From positions 1 to 64,000 of the forward strand of contig NIVC01001518.1 of NCBI GenBank assembly GCA_002269645.1: a DNA stretch of 64,000 nucleotides, given 5' to 3'. Below, piece by piece: positions 1-13,594 of the stretch (position 1 is the first letter of the stretch; every line of letters starts with the position of its first letter). This stretch comes from Macrostomum lignano. Lineage: Eukaryota. The translations under genes and the position numbers were made by a program. The notes below the pieces were generated by a model. The model was not told where the DNA came from and did not search any database. It was given only the letters and a program-made list of their open reading frames with translations.

Positions 1-29
1 TCTCCAAAAATTTCAGATACCAATCCCGA

Positions 30-320
30 AAAATCCCAGATCCCAATCTTTAAGAATCCAGATTCCAATCCTAAATAATCCGTGATTCTAGTCCTTCGAT
101 CCCAGATCCCAATTCTAAGAAATCCATATCCCAATATTCCAAACCTTACAAAATCCCAGATCCCAATCCTCAAAAATCCCAGATCCCAATCCTCAAAAAT
201 CCCAGATCCCAATCCTCAAAAATCCCAGATCCCAATCCTGAAGAAATCACAGATCCCAATCCCGAAAAATCCTGATTTCAATCCTTAAAAAATCCCAAAT
301 CCCAATCCCCAGATCCCAAC
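30..320. repeat. Imperfect ~23-bp tandem repeat (AAAAATCCCAGATCCCAATCCTC), intronic to the GRAF-like gene
   Basis: Units visible directly; they produce the spurious ORF 82..288 and the tail of ORF 247..1074. Confidence 0.85.
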
Positions 321-339
321 ACTCGGCTGCGAGCCCCAC

Positions 340-2107
340 CTGCAGCAGCAGAGTCCTAGTCGAGTCGTTAATCTCAACTTCAAACAGAAATCGCCGATCC
401 ACCTCGCTGTTGGGCGGCACTCCCACGGCAACCACCACGCCGCCAAGTCCCGAATCGCTGGGCGAAGATGAAGAATCAGTGCGGCCGGGATTCGCAGGCG
501 AGAATGGCTGCAGAGTTAGCAACCGTTTCTGCCGATTAAAAGTGCAAAAGCAACGCTGCCAATTGTTTGGCGCAACGCTGAGCTTCTTCTGTGACAGCAG
601 CAACAGGTAGCCTTCCAGCGTCTCCTGATGGTTGCCACGGCGACGCCAAGCGCCCATGTCCAGCAGCTTCTGTCGGTTCTCATCCAGCTCCTTCTCAGCA
701 ACTCCAATGCCTTCATTATAATTGGCAACCGACTCATTTGTGGCTTGCATGTTTTTCTCCCTCTCCACCAGGTTGTCGTTGCACTCCTGATAGAAACACT
801 TCCACACGCTCTGCAGGGTGGCCAGCACTTCAAAGAATCGAACTTTATTCTTGGCCTGCTCGCACTGCAGAGTCTTCACGTAAGCATAAGTGCGATTGAA
901 ATAGCAGATCCTCTCCGCCTCGGCGTCCTTGTCTATTGCTGACCAATTCCTGGGCTCCGAGTTTTTACCAGTCTGCTGCTTCAGACTGAGCATTCGCTCT
1001 TGGCTGTGGTAGAACTTCTTAGTTTCCTCGTAGTACACGCGGCGGGTTTCGCTGAGGAATTCGCGAATCTTCATCCTCTGCTGGGTCAGTACCTGCGGAG
1101 GGGTTGACGGGGGCCTTGGTTTTAATAATGATTATTAATTATTGTCAGGTGCCATCTTTAGCAGCGCCAGTTCTGACACCCGATATTGGCGCCAACTTTG
1201 ACACCCGGTATTGGCGCCAACTCTGACACCCGATATTGGCGCCAACTCTGACACCCAATATTGGCGCCATTTCTAACACCCGGTATTGGCGCCAACTCTG
1301 ACACCCGGTATTGGCGCCAACTCTGACACCTTATTGGCCCAACTATGATAATTAATATTGGCGCCAATTCTGATAATTAATATTGGCGCCAACTATGATA
1401 CGAGTAATTAATATTAGCGCCAACTCTGATAATTAATATTAGCGCCAACTCTGATAATTAATATTGGCCCAACTCTGATAATTAATATTGGCCCAACTAT
1501 GATAATTAATATTAGCGCCAACTCTGATAATTAATATTGGCCCAACTATGATAATTAATATTGACGCCAACTCTAAAAATATTTTTGGCGCCAACTCTGA
1601 CACTAAATATTAGCGCCAATTCTGACACTTATTATTAACGCTAATTCTATAAAACTAGTCTTATAGTTTAACAGATAAGCAATAAGCTACAACACACCCA
1701 TATAACAATCAAACAACAAAATCAATCACCTTAAGAAAGGACTCCTGAGAAATATCAAGCCAACGCATTCTTGCATCCTCAATGTAGCGCAGATCCTTAG
1801 CAAATTGTGAAGCAAACTTGGCCATATCTCGCTCAGCTTTGCTTAGATTGGCGGATTGCGCCTGAGCTGATGAGCTGTCAGTCTGGAACTGCTGCTGCTG
1901 CTGCTCAGGGCCAAGCTTCTGAATAGACAGGGAGAATGCCACTAAAGCTTCATTATAAGCTCTGCCAGTCTCCTGTACGCGTTTGAAACTGTCAATCACA
2001 GATTTCATTGTTTTGACTGATTCCTCAAGTTGGCGCTCCTGATCCAGCAGAGCGTAGCGAAAGTCTGGGCTATCGATAGCACAAGAGTTGTAGTCAATTG
2101 AGGGCAT
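340..2107 (-). CDS. GRAF/oligophrenin-1 (ARHGAP26/10/42 family) BAR-PH RhoGAP-type gene, first two coding exons (2107-1730, 1092-340); continues beyond the left edge
   Basis: Exon 1 'CAIDSPDFRYALLDQERQLEE' resembles the GRAF 'DSPHFRETL..HEAELD' BAR start. Donor AAG|GTGATT at 1730 and acceptor CCGCAG| at 1092 are both phase 0. Exon 2 has the BAR C-half, then PH motifs 'EGYLLL..NWQRCFCTF' and 'DRRFLFEVE..TLLLQ', with donor CAG|GTGGG at 340. The RhoGAP domain is not in the window. Confidence 0.85.
1160..1645. repeat. 25-bp minisatellite in GRAF-like intron (TATTGGCGCCAACTCTGACACCCGG drifting to ...GATAATTAA)
   Basis: Direct tandem units. Confidence 0.9.
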
Positions 2108-5100
2108 TGTGACCGTTGGTTTTTTTTAAACTGAAATTTGAGCAAAGTTGCGTTACACATCAATCTACAATTGCTAGTAATATTTTAACATTTCAATTTA
2201 GCCATGGTTATTTTAGCCTAGTAGATATTCTATAACTAAAATCCCCTAGGCATAAATAATTGCAATATAAATGATAGCTAAAACTATGAATAAGTCATTT
2301 ACATTGTTATGATTTATGAAGTATAATCTGTACTTTAGCCTAGGCTTGGTAACATTAATTTACTCATTTAATAGAATTGCTTATTGTATTAATAATATAT
2401 AAAAAGTATATACAAAGCTTTGTTTCTTATATTTTAGACTATTAATATAACATTAAATGCATTGTTAACATTAAAAGCAAAAGATAAAATTTACAAAGGA
2501 TTATTGTACTAAGGATATTGTAAAGTTTTCTAGAATAATATTTACTTTATACATAATTTTGGTTAAATTGGTTTAAACTAAAATTATATTTGGTTTAACC
2601 ATTAACAACTTTTGAGTTAAAAATTTTAGACAGCCTTAAGAATATGCAAGTGGCAAAATAATTAGAAAGATGTCAGAGGTCTTTGCAAAAACAAGCTATA
2701 TGTAATTTACTCAAAAATTTTATTCCATTTTTGTTGGCTCCCCTATAGGGGGTGCCAATTGCTAGTAATATACCATATATTGGCTATAAAAGTTGCAGTT
2801 TGCACTTCAACCCTGGATGAACCAAGATCTGGGAGACCCTAAGTGTAGACTGAGAGCACATCAAGCTCATCTGTGGTCTGCTGGGAATGGATCCATAATG
2901 GATGTCTAAAGAAATAGCAGACCCTAGGAATATTATTTCATCCAGCATCTACCAAATACTCACAGAGGACCTGGGGTTGCCAGAATCAATGCCTAAACAA
3001 GCTCTTCAATGAGATTGTCCAACTTCTAAAACACCTGAGTGATTTGGGTGCTGCAGATGGCATTTATAAGTTTCCTAAATGCTAGGAATGAGCCATTGCA
3101 TTCATTCAATCCTATTTGACTAACTGTGAAAAATAAACTATATTAAAATTAGATTTAAAAATTAGAACTAGACAACAAAAATTTTGATTTCCAATTTATT
3201 TAAATCTAAATTTGCACTTACGTGGTTTGCTTCTATAGTTAGGAAGATGGCTGCCCTTTTTCAGAGAAAATTCCAATACAAAAGGGGGTTTGATATATGC
3301 CATGCCGGTGCATTGTAGAGAGAAAATTGCAGTGCAGTACAGCGCAAGATAATATTTTCTTTGACTAAAAATAAGCATGTAATTTCTTTTTATTTGCATT
3401 TTTTGTTTATAAGTATATTGATGGCTTTTTAATTAATATACATTAACATTGCTTTTTATATGAAACAGATTCAAATACAAAGTTTTACAAGCATTTTTCA
3501 AATGGAAAATATTGATTTTTGCATTTTATAAGTTGTAGTACACATCACAGGAAAACTTTTTTGATAGGATTTGTTCTGGTGCAGGTGTGCCATTAGACTC
3601 TAGAAGGTTACATGTATGCTGGAATTTTCTGGCATACCATTGGAGAGTTTGGCTATTTTAGCATACCACTTTGAGCTTGAGAAAGTTTTGGCAAACTGCA
3701 ATAATGTTTATTTAGTTTAAATGTTTTTTAAACTAAATGTGCATTTCAATGACAATAAGAGTTTTTTAAAAATGTATTTTTATATACAATATTAATAATA
3801 TTTTTCTAAACAAAAACTTTAAAAAATATTTTATCTATTTAAAATTACTAAAATTGCTCTAGTAATTACATTTTTTGCTTTTGTAAGACATTATAGGAAA
3901 GATTAGATGTTTAAAAATCTTTTTAGAAAATTTAAAATGTATTACTTTAATAGCATTTTTTATCTTTTAATTGTTGCTTGATTGTTGTAATTAAAAAAAA
4001 GTTATTTTTTGGTACAACTGCAAGAAAGTGGTATATTATAACAAAAGAGGCATTTTTCCAGCATACCATGCCACATTATCTAAACACATGAAAAATATGA
4101 TAATAGTCAAATAGGTTGAGGTTTAAAATTCACTAACTACTGAATTTTTATTCTACTTAACTGCTTAACAAAACTTGACTTGAATACTCAGCTTAAGTAC
4201 TTGACTTGACTTGACTTTGACTTGACTTGACCAAAACCTGAGTTTGTCTAGGTACTATGCTCTAGTTGTACTAACTTATACTAAACTACAAGTTAGGCTA
4301 ATATAGTAATATATAGTAATATCACTTGACTAGGCCTACTAATAGTAATTAATACATATGTCTATATATACATATTATAATAATGAATGCATCCTTAGCT
4401 ATTGTATACCTAAATAAGCCTGGATACCAATGGTAGACCTTGATCCTGATTGGATCCCAACCAATTGTGAGTCCTAACTTTTATGAATTCATTCTTACTC
4501 AATCCTACCTGACTAGATTTTCAATGTTGGTCATTTCCATTACCGAATAACTTGCAAATGGTAACACAAGTTTACTTTTCCATAAAGCATTCCTTACGCA
4601 AGTTACTTTCCTATTTTGGTAACGGAGTAACAGTAAGTTAACTTGAATTTTGGGAAGTATGTTACAGTTACTTTGCAACAATTATAATATTTAAATTTAA
4701 AACTGATATGCTTAGCTATTATGCTAGTTGTCACATTTTTTTGCATTTGTCATTCCTAAATTCAAAACTAAGTGAATAGTATTGTATGGTATTATGCTAT
4801 AATTAATGAAATGTGTTTTTATTTTGTTAATTTTGATAAAATATTTTCACTTATCATTTTCAAGTCAATAAAAATATTTTGTTTAGTTGTTAGAAACAAA
4901 CTACCAAAGAAAAAAATGTATCTGTACTCTCCAAAGTTTTTGGTACCTGCCATGCTCAACCCTATCCCCCCCCAAGCAATTAGGGGGGTGCAGCTGGCTA
5001 TGCGATTAAGTCCACTGGCATTGCACTGCACAATCTTTTATATTAATGATAATAATTGAAAAAAAAATAAATAAAATAAGACTAGTAAAGCAGACTGCAG

Positions 5101-7074
5101 AGTGCAGTAAAGCCAGGTAGCTATTACGAGCTACATGTTATAACATATAATGTTATTATTGTTATTAAAAATTAAAATTGTGTTTTGCTTTTAAAGTTTC
5201 TGATACTTCTCTTCTTTTTATGGAAATAGCCTAAAGTCATAGGCAGTGGGAGCTTGCGGCACTAGGGGCACATGCCCCCTAGAAAATTAGTCCACATGGT
5301 AATTTTTAGTGCTTTTTCTAATTTTAGGTCCTAATTAGCAGCTTGTAAAGGTACCCGTGCCCCCCCCCCTTGCCCTGTGCCCAGTGCCCCCTTTAAATAG
5401 GCCTATTAGGCTCTACCACCCCTGCCTAAAGTGGTTAAAATTTAATACAGTTACTAAAATTAATGTTGTTGTATTCTTCCTTCTGGCTTTTTGACCATTT
5501 GTGTTATTCTTGACCTGTGCATTTACAATGTTAAGGAAGTAGAAAATTTTGTAAATAACAGGTAATGGAAATGAGTAACGGAAGTAACTTAAAGGTTACT
5601 GGGTTTTTGTACAAGTACAAAGTTACTAGGCTAACATAAATTACTTTTTAAAAAGTGGTAACTTAAATTACAGTAATGCAAGTTACTTTTCTAAGTAGGC
5701 CTAACTTGCCCAACACTGTAGATTTTTCCTATCCTAGTTAGGCTCTACCTTTTATACCATTTCTCTATATTCTATAAGTTATAAAAATATATTTTTAACT
5801 AAAATGATATTTCAATCAAGTAAGTTTTAGGTATAATATTTTACCTTAAAATAAAAAATGCTTATTTCAATGCTTATTTCAATGCTTTTGGAATTTATAG
5901 GGCATTTATAACAATCATCATCTAACTCAACAGGTAATTTTATACAGTTTTTTAAATTTTCATTACAGAAATAACACCTAGTTTTTGACAATTTTCATGA
6001 GAATGAGAAATTAAAACTTAGGACCAAACTGTGTATTTTACATATTCTGAGTCTAACTCTAAGTTCAACCAAGTTCAAAAAGTTTGACATAATAATACAT
6101 TAATACCCATGCATTAATGGGAAAATCAGAGGGCCCCATTAGATGCCCAAGGATTTCTCATTAACACCCACAAAGCATGGGTATTACTATTATTGTGCCA
6201 TAGATATTTGTGTCCTTGACAAAGTGGGACAAAATTAGTGGGCAATTAATGACATTAACTGCCAACTAATCTGCATTAAAGTAAGTTTGAAATAGACAAT
6301 AGGGCGTTAAATGTCATTAACTGCCCACTAATTTGCATTAAAGTAAGTTTGACTCCTGAAAGCGGGCTTAAATGTAGTCTATGGCATTAAAAGGCAAGAA
6401 TAAGTGCCCATGAAGTATTGTCATGGTACAATACTTAATAAAAGGTAGTAGATAGGCTAGACTAGACAAGCACAACATTCACTAAATGATAAAAAATATG
6501 TAAACCTAATCATAATAAAGTAGGATAAAATGGTAATGTAGTACACAAGTTTATTACTTTGTCTTAAGGCCCAACACCCCTAGCCCTCTTAAGTCTTAAT
6601 TACCAACCAATTCAATTGGTTTGTATTAAATTGAAAATGGAAGTCTTAGTAGGCCTAACACTTAGAAAATAGCAATTAATAATTATTGTTAGAATGTATT
6701 TACAGTACATAACATAAAATTCAATTAACATGGAGCCTACCCGCCACTGCTTATAAAACAATGCACAGCACGACAGAAGGACAGGACCTTGTCCTTATCT
6801 ATATTTCTTTATCTATATCTATGTTCTTTATATTTCTAAGAAACAGTTGCGATTGAAATGTGCGTCTTGCAGTCTGAATAACAAAACTATATTATATTTT
6901 CCAGAAATATTTATAGCATGCAACAAATTACTTCTCGAACTTAAAAAACGCATACTAATGGCACTGATAAAAAACGAGTAAATGCCAAATTGTATTTCGA
7001 ACACATGCACGGGGGCCCACGACATTTTGTGCTTTTTATATATGTACGTCGTCATGCCTTACGGGAGCACGAGA

Positions 7075-7712
7075 AATGCCCGTAGACAAATTGCCCGCCG
7101 AGATTTGCACGCAGTGCATTTTGCCCGTGAGTGAATTGCCCTTCGTCGAAATTTTCCCGCCGAGAATTTCCCGCCGAGATTTGCCCGCATTGCAATTTGC
7201 CCGCAAGTGAATTGCCTGCGATCAAATTGTCCCGCTGAGTTTTTTTCCTGCCGAAATTTGCCGCAATACTTTTTTTCTGCAGTGAGTGCATTTAGCCACG
7301 CGGCAGATTTTGTCTGCATATTGCCTCACCAGCAATGCTTAGTAAAGCTAATACAGATTGTACAGGATCAAACGTTTTGATAGTAACTGCATGCATATCA
7401 AATGCTTATTTGGGGGGGGGGGGGGGGGGGCAATGCAGCTAGAAGCTAGCCTGTAAAATGCGCTGCAGGAAAAAGCATTATTGCGGGCAAACCTCAGCGG
7501 GAAAAAAGCTCGGCGAGCAATTTCGCTCGCGAGCAAATTGCACTGCGCGGGCAGGCAAATCTCGATCGGCGGGCAATTCTCGGCGGCCAAATTAAATCTT
7601 CCACGGGCAATTCGCTCACGGGCAAAATGCACTGCGGGCAAATCTCGGCGGGAAAGCTCGGTTGGTAAATCTCGTCGGGCAAATCTCCTACGAGCAAATC
7701 GATCGGCGGGCA
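7075..7712. mobile_element. Non-autonomous foldback/MITE-like element with internally repetitive inverted arms
   Basis: 7094-7141 is the near-perfect reverse complement of 7605-7652, and 7263-7280 pairs with 7463-7485. No coding capacity; TSD not identified. Confidence 0.6.
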
Positions 7713-7831
7713 TCGTCTGCTGGCATAAGGACCCCATGCTACACGTCGGTATCTTCTAATAATAATTTGATTGACCATTCAGATGCCAACAAATAAGAAC
7801 GACAAACTCCGGCGAGCACGAGAATTTTCCG

Positions 7832-8310
7832 GGGGCCCATCACAAGCTCGAATAAAATCACATCGTCGAAAAGTTTAGCAACCACCATATCACAAGCTCG
7901 AAAAGTCATAAACTCAAAAAATCACATCGTCGAAAAGGAAGCAGTTAGGGTTGGGGTTAGGGGTAGGTTTATTAAATTGAATGCAAAACTGAGCTGAACT
8001 GAATTAAGGACATTTAAATTTGTCAACAATAAACCGCTGATGAAGGTATTTTTGGAATATTTAAATAATATTGGTTAGTACCTTAGGGTTTTGGTTCAAG
8101 AGGTTAGGCTAGGGTACCGGTGCCTTAGGGTTAGGGTTAGTGCCTTGGGGTTACACTAATCGAAAATTATTGCGAAGATTGCAATCTGATTGTAATTCTT
8201 CTTGTGAAAAATTGCAATAAAAGTGCAATAATTATAATTGAAAATTGCAATCATCATTGCAATTATTATAATTATAACGCAATTTTATTGCAATCATTAC
8301 AATTGAAAAT
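7832..8310 (+). repeat. Dispersed repeat with TCACAAGCTCGAAAA/CACATCGTCGAAAA motifs, GGGTTA units and AATTGCAAT-rich tail; possibly Helentron-associated type
   Basis: An inverted homologue lies at about 10895-11105. Family assignment is by resemblance only. Confidence 0.45.
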
Positions 8311-9693
8311 CAAGGAGTTTTCTCATCCTTGCTATAAATGTACGCGCATGGTTTGCCTTCAGCTGTTCTTCAGGCGGCTTTTAGCCCTTCCATACCCAGG
8401 ACCAGGTGTATGTTAGTTGCGCAGCTGCTCGCCTGTCAGCAGTGCAGTCATGGCAGTGGTAGGGCATTCTCCATGACTTTGCCTGCTTGGTATTGAAACT
8501 TAATGCTATGCTCGTATTCAGGAAAAGAAGTAACACAAACAAAGTTTAAAAAGGTGTAATAATGAAACATATTTCGTAGAGAGATTGCTTAAGCAATATT
8601 CTATGTACTACAAATTTATTATGGTAAAAACGATAAAAATGTTGGACATGTGACTTTTACCAATTGAATTGTCAGCCGAGCTATTAACCTGTAGTTCATT
8701 CTAAACTGCTTCATGCACATGACATACCAGATGCAAAACAGTCAACTGCTTGCTGTTCCTCTTCAACCCTGCTCATTTGCAATACAGGCAGCTAGGTGGT
8801 GTAGATTCATGATTGATGAAGCAGATACTGCAACTTTGCCTGATGGTAATAGCTCATTCTTTTCATCATCAAAATCGATAATCACTTGGCAAGTCTTATT
8901 CATGAGTACACTGCATGTCTGATCTCTTGTATGCCATGAATAAAAGGTGAAAAGGGTTTTGTCATGTAGTATATAAACTTTTGGGACTTTACCAAATACA
9001 TATATGCTAGAAACTAGATAATAGCTAGAAGGAAGTAGCCAAGCACAGATATCGCTAATACTACCATAGCAATTTTCCTTATTTAAGCTAAGGTCTTTAG
9101 GTTTTTTTAAAGAACAAGATAGTAATTATTAGTTATTAAAATGATTACATAGATTGCACAAAAGTATAAATAAACAACTATTCCTTCAATTATAAAAGGA
9201 GAACAATAATTTAGTATAATATAAATAATATAATACCATATAGATCTAACCTTTGCTTTAGTTGGCCAAAAATACTTATAAATGTTTTTCAAATATTTAA
9301 TCACTTTACTAGCATTAGGCAGTTTCTTAGCCATGATATGTACCATCATAGGAAAATTTCCAACTGAACAGTGCAAGTCTCCTAAAAATTAGTTGATTCA
9401 TCTTTAAATCTATTACAAGCAAGTGGACAACTTATTTTTATTATATAGGATTTAGTTAGTCAACATATGCTTAATTCATTTTATTGGGCCATGGGTAAAA
9501 GCTTAAATGCTTATTGAAAAGCCAAAGGATATAAGTATTAGTTGGTAAAGCTAGTATTAATACTATATAGCTATTGTTATACAGATATATAATTAATACA
9601 ATGCTTATAGCCTTCCAAAAATAAATAATTAAATGGTATTTACTCTAATGATTATAGAATACATGTATTTGCAAACTACCATAATGTGTATAT

Positions 9694-9728
<35 letters not shown>

Positions 9729-10894
9729 TATAAATATATACATGTAAATAAACTTTGAATGCTCAAAGTTAAATAAAATGCACTAGTAGTAATAGTATCA
9801 TTATACAATACTACCAACTAGGCCCTATCCAAAGAAAAAACTTCCTCTTGATCTTTTGATAAGAATATATATCAAAATTAGCCTTCAGAAAATTAGAAAT
9901 TAGAAAATTAGAAATTAGAAAATTAGAAATTAGAATTAGAAATTAAAAAATCTTAAAGTATTTTCTCCTTTAGTTACCTTTATCATGGTCTCAAATTATG
10001 ACATGCTTATCTGAAAGCTAAAAATAATATACATATAAATGGAGTATTATACATATTATACATATTAATGTATGTATTATATAAAGAGATGGTGTAATTT
10101 TCTTCAGAACATGGTTTTGCTCTTCTAGTTTAGTAAGTGCTTCTATTATCAAGCAGAATTAATAAGTATGAATGCTTCGACTCTATTATTATTACTAAGC
10201 AGGTAAATTTTTACTAACGTGGCTAAGCTTTATGTTCTTACAGTCCCCATACAATACTTAACAGGAACAGAAAGCTTATAGGCCTATGGAACCACAGTCC
10301 CTATACAATACTTAACAGGAACAGAAAGCTTATAGGCCTAGAACAATGAAAAATCTTGATCTTTAATTGTTAAATTTTTAAACACTAAAATACGAGAAGA
10401 AAGAGGCAGAGCGAGAAATATTTGTAAGTGGCAAGTGCCTGAGTCTGAGTTCCATGTCCAAACACAAAAATAAAAAGTGCAACTTAAATAATAGCCTAGA
10501 GGATGCGCGTAGATGAATCAAAATATTGTCTGCAATTTTAGTATAAGAAACAAACAAATATCACCGAAGTCCAGCTCATTTTGCAGCTTATATCGTTTAA
10601 AAATCTATACAACAGTAAACTACATTTTTGATTTTTCTCAACGTACCCTTTTTCATGCTACAAACCATACATATTTCAAATATTTGATTAACAATTTAAA
10701 CGTCATAAAATTATAATAATTCTAATAATAATATTTAATACACATTGTAATTATTGCAATGTGCATTGTTCCTGGATAATTGGTAAAGGAAGTTCCTTTG
10801 AAAGGCCTAAATTGCCATGGTTTTGCTGGGAAGAACAGGAAGAGTTATTTGGAAGAGTTCTGGTCAGTTGAATGTGCGCCATTGTATTATCGCA

Positions 10895-11105
10895 GACAAG
10901 CATTGCAATAATTATAAGAAAAATTATAATTCATATTGTAATTTTTGTACTGAAATTGCGCTACATAAGAAATATTACAATAATTATAATTTTTTCGCAA
11001 TTTTTTCGACTAGTGTAGGGTTAGAGCTTGTGACTTTTCGAGCTTGTGATGGAGCCAATTGTTTTCGACGATGTGATTTTTCGAGCTTATGATGGCAACC
11101 CCAAA
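10895..11105 (-). repeat. Second, inverted copy of the 7832-8310 repeat family
   Basis: TTTTCGACGATGTGATTTTTCGAGCTTATGATGG is the near reverse complement of the 7836-7875 motif; GGGTTAG at about 11018. Confidence 0.5.
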
Positions 11106-11275
11106 TGTATGTATCTCTGCCATCATGCATACATGCATATGCTTTGCCCGCAGTGCACTTTTTACATGTATAAATTCCTTCACGAAATTTAGCTCTTACA
11201 TTATTAATAAAATATTTCCCAATTGGTGAAAATATCTGATCTCTCATTTCGAAACCGCATGTCAACTTTTTTCTA

Positions 11276-12586
11276 CACTCAGCAACAGTCAAAAGTTCCA
11301 CCATCCAAATTGCGAAAACTTTTCACTCACAATTCAACCCTCAAGTTACGCAACTAAGCCGCCGCGAGGAAGGGAAAGTTGTTGTGTTTTGTGCGTTGAT
11401 TCAGCGCTGAACCGAAGGCTGTTATAACAAGAGCATAGCTTAAGTTGAATGTATATTTTGTTTGTATCAGATTAAACATGCCTTTTGAGGGAGTTATATA
11501 TTTACCGACCTCAAACCCATATAATATCTTATACATATAAATCACGAGGGCCTGAGGCCCGAGGTATTTATGAAAATAACTCCCGAAAAAGGCATGTGTA
11601 ATCTCGTATAGACAATAGACATAAAGGGCCGTATGCAGAAAGCCTAGTCCAGACTAGCTAGTCCGGACTTGGGTAGTTCAGTCTATAGTCTATGGTCCAG
11701 CTAGCATAGTTCTGCTATAGTAGACTGGTCTAACTTTGTGTTTCTGCATACCAAATCCAAGTCCAGACTAGCTTTTCAAGACCGGACTACCCTAGACAGA
11801 GCTTTCTGCATACGGCCCAAAGACTTTACGGGATATTATTGAATATTACCAAATAAAATCCCGGAGAACGCAAATATTGTCACGGAAAGTCTTTATTTCT
11901 ATGGATTATAACGATATAAGTAACGGCAAGCCTTTATAGAGTCAGAGTCAGTCGGTAGCTGTTTGGGACACAGACAAATAAGTTAAAGCTGGGGCAACGA
12001 CTGAAAATAAAAGTACATTGGATTCGGATCGGTATACAACAAAAGTTGATTGAATATCGATCAATTCTCGTAGTAAACGTCAGTCGCACAAAATCATAAA
12101 ATTTTTATGCAATATTCAGTTAGAATCGCGATGCGTGTGGGATCCCCTCGCACGCAGAAGTGCGACGACTCTGCGGGGAATCCCAAGGATGAGGCAGCGC
12201 AGAAAGTTCTGAGGGAGCTGCTGCCAAAGCGTTTTCAATGGCATGACGCAGAGCTCTCCGCAACATTCTATGGTGGATTCTCTTTTCGAATGCTACGTTT
12301 TAGGAAGTCCCAGGCTTGCTCGATGGGATCCATGTCTGGGGGCCGGGAAGGCCAGCGCAGAGTGCGCAGCTGTAGCTGTTCTTTCAGTTGACTGACAGCA
12401 TCGGCTCGGTGTGGCGGGGCGTTGTTCCTGTGCTTGGGTCTGCTTAATGTCCAGGCCTGGACCATAAGCAGACCCAAGCCACCCCAAGCGGCAATAAGCT
12501 TTGCGCGTGCCGTAGGTTGCGTCACTCGCAATAAGTGAAAAAATCATCTCGCTTAGTGGGGTGGAACTTTTGACTGTTACTGAGTT
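11276..12586 (-). mobile_element. Degenerate Tc1/mariner element(s) with DDE transposase C-terminal remnant (about 12150-12530)
   Basis: Inverted termini CACTCAGCAACAGTCAAAAGTTCCACC (11276) and GGTGGAACTTTTGACTGTTACTGAGTT (ends 12586), each flanked by TA. Remnant reads 'NNAPPH...WPSRPPDMDPIEQAWDFLKR'. The interior carries other insertions, and these could be two separate 5' ends facing each other. Confidence 0.7.
11626..11818. mobile_element. 193-bp MITE, PIF/Harbinger-like
   Basis: TIRs GGGCCGTATGCAGAAAGC / GCTTTCTGCATACGGCCC; 3-bp AAA flanks on both sides. Confidence 0.75.
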
Positions 12587-12739
12587 TAATTCAGGAGTGG
12601 GTCAGGGCTTTTATTACATGTACCATGTCCCGAAGTTGGAACAGCGGGATGGCGCGGACGCCCATTCCGATAGTCCATGAACGGCTGATGCATACATCGC
12701 TATATATGGTGTAGATATCTAGTGTACATATAGTGTATA

Positions 12740-13129
12740 TACTCAGCAACAGCTAAACCCCCCCCCCAACTCACGCTGTCACACGGCCCAAAAGTTTGTA
12801 TGCCATCGGTGACTCGGAAGCAGCTCGGCATTCGCACATTGAACTGGCCGTCAAAGTCTCCAGACATGAACCCCATCGAGCATGTCTGGGACTTTGTAAA
12901 GCGAAGAGTTCAGCAGGATGCCCCACAGAATGCTGAACAGTTGCGACTGGCGGTGCTGAATGCCTGGCAGCAGCTGCCCCAAGAGTTCATCAACCGGCTG
13001 GTGATCAGGATGCCACGACGAGTCACGGCACTTTTGCATGCTCGTGGTTCCTACACACGATACTGAGACTAGAATTAAAGACATTGCTTAACTTTTGTGC
13101 CCGGGGGGGGGTTTAGCTGTTGCTGAGTA
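12740..13129 (+). mobile_element. Internally deleted Tc1 element retaining both TIRs and the transposase C-terminus
   Basis: TIRs TACTCAGCAACAGCTAAACCCCCCCCC / GGGGGGGGGTTTAGCTGTTGCTGAGTA with TA TSD. ORF 12800..13066 reads 'WPSKSPDMNPIEHVWDFVKRRV...RGSYTRY'. Confidence 0.85.
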
Positions 13130-13594
13130 TATATAGTGTACATATCTCAGCAGGGGATACATGTACATGTAGTAAAAAACTCTCCCGCGGGAGAATCTCG
13201 GCGGGCAATTTGCCTGCGACAAAATGAAATAGCGTGCTCTTCATATTTACTTTTTGACTTTATATACATGTACATGTACGTCGTCATGCGACGTCGCTTA
13301 CAAATATGTGCTTTTACATCGCATGGACAGATAACGTCGTCATTCGTTAGCTGATCGTCCGTGGAATGTAAAAATGTGTAAAAATGCCAATGCATGACGT
13401 CGTCAGACGTCAGGAGTTTCTCAGCCAATCTGATTGCTGTACGACGGGTATTAGTTTTGCGCAACACAATGTCGCGACTCTTAGTCATTTCTTCAGTTCA
13501 TCTGTGTACTTGATTCTGTTCTTACGCTGTTTTACATGTACATCTCCCTCTGTCTATACGTCAATCTTTTTCTCTTTCCATTGACATAAATACA

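Noticed and set aside
7940-8155. Telomere or fusion site
   Set aside because: Only a few degenerate GGGTTA units within a dispersed repeat.
3196-10716. Short AT-rich ORFs of 60-95 aa
   Set aside because: No homology signal; composition typical of random non-coding ORFs.
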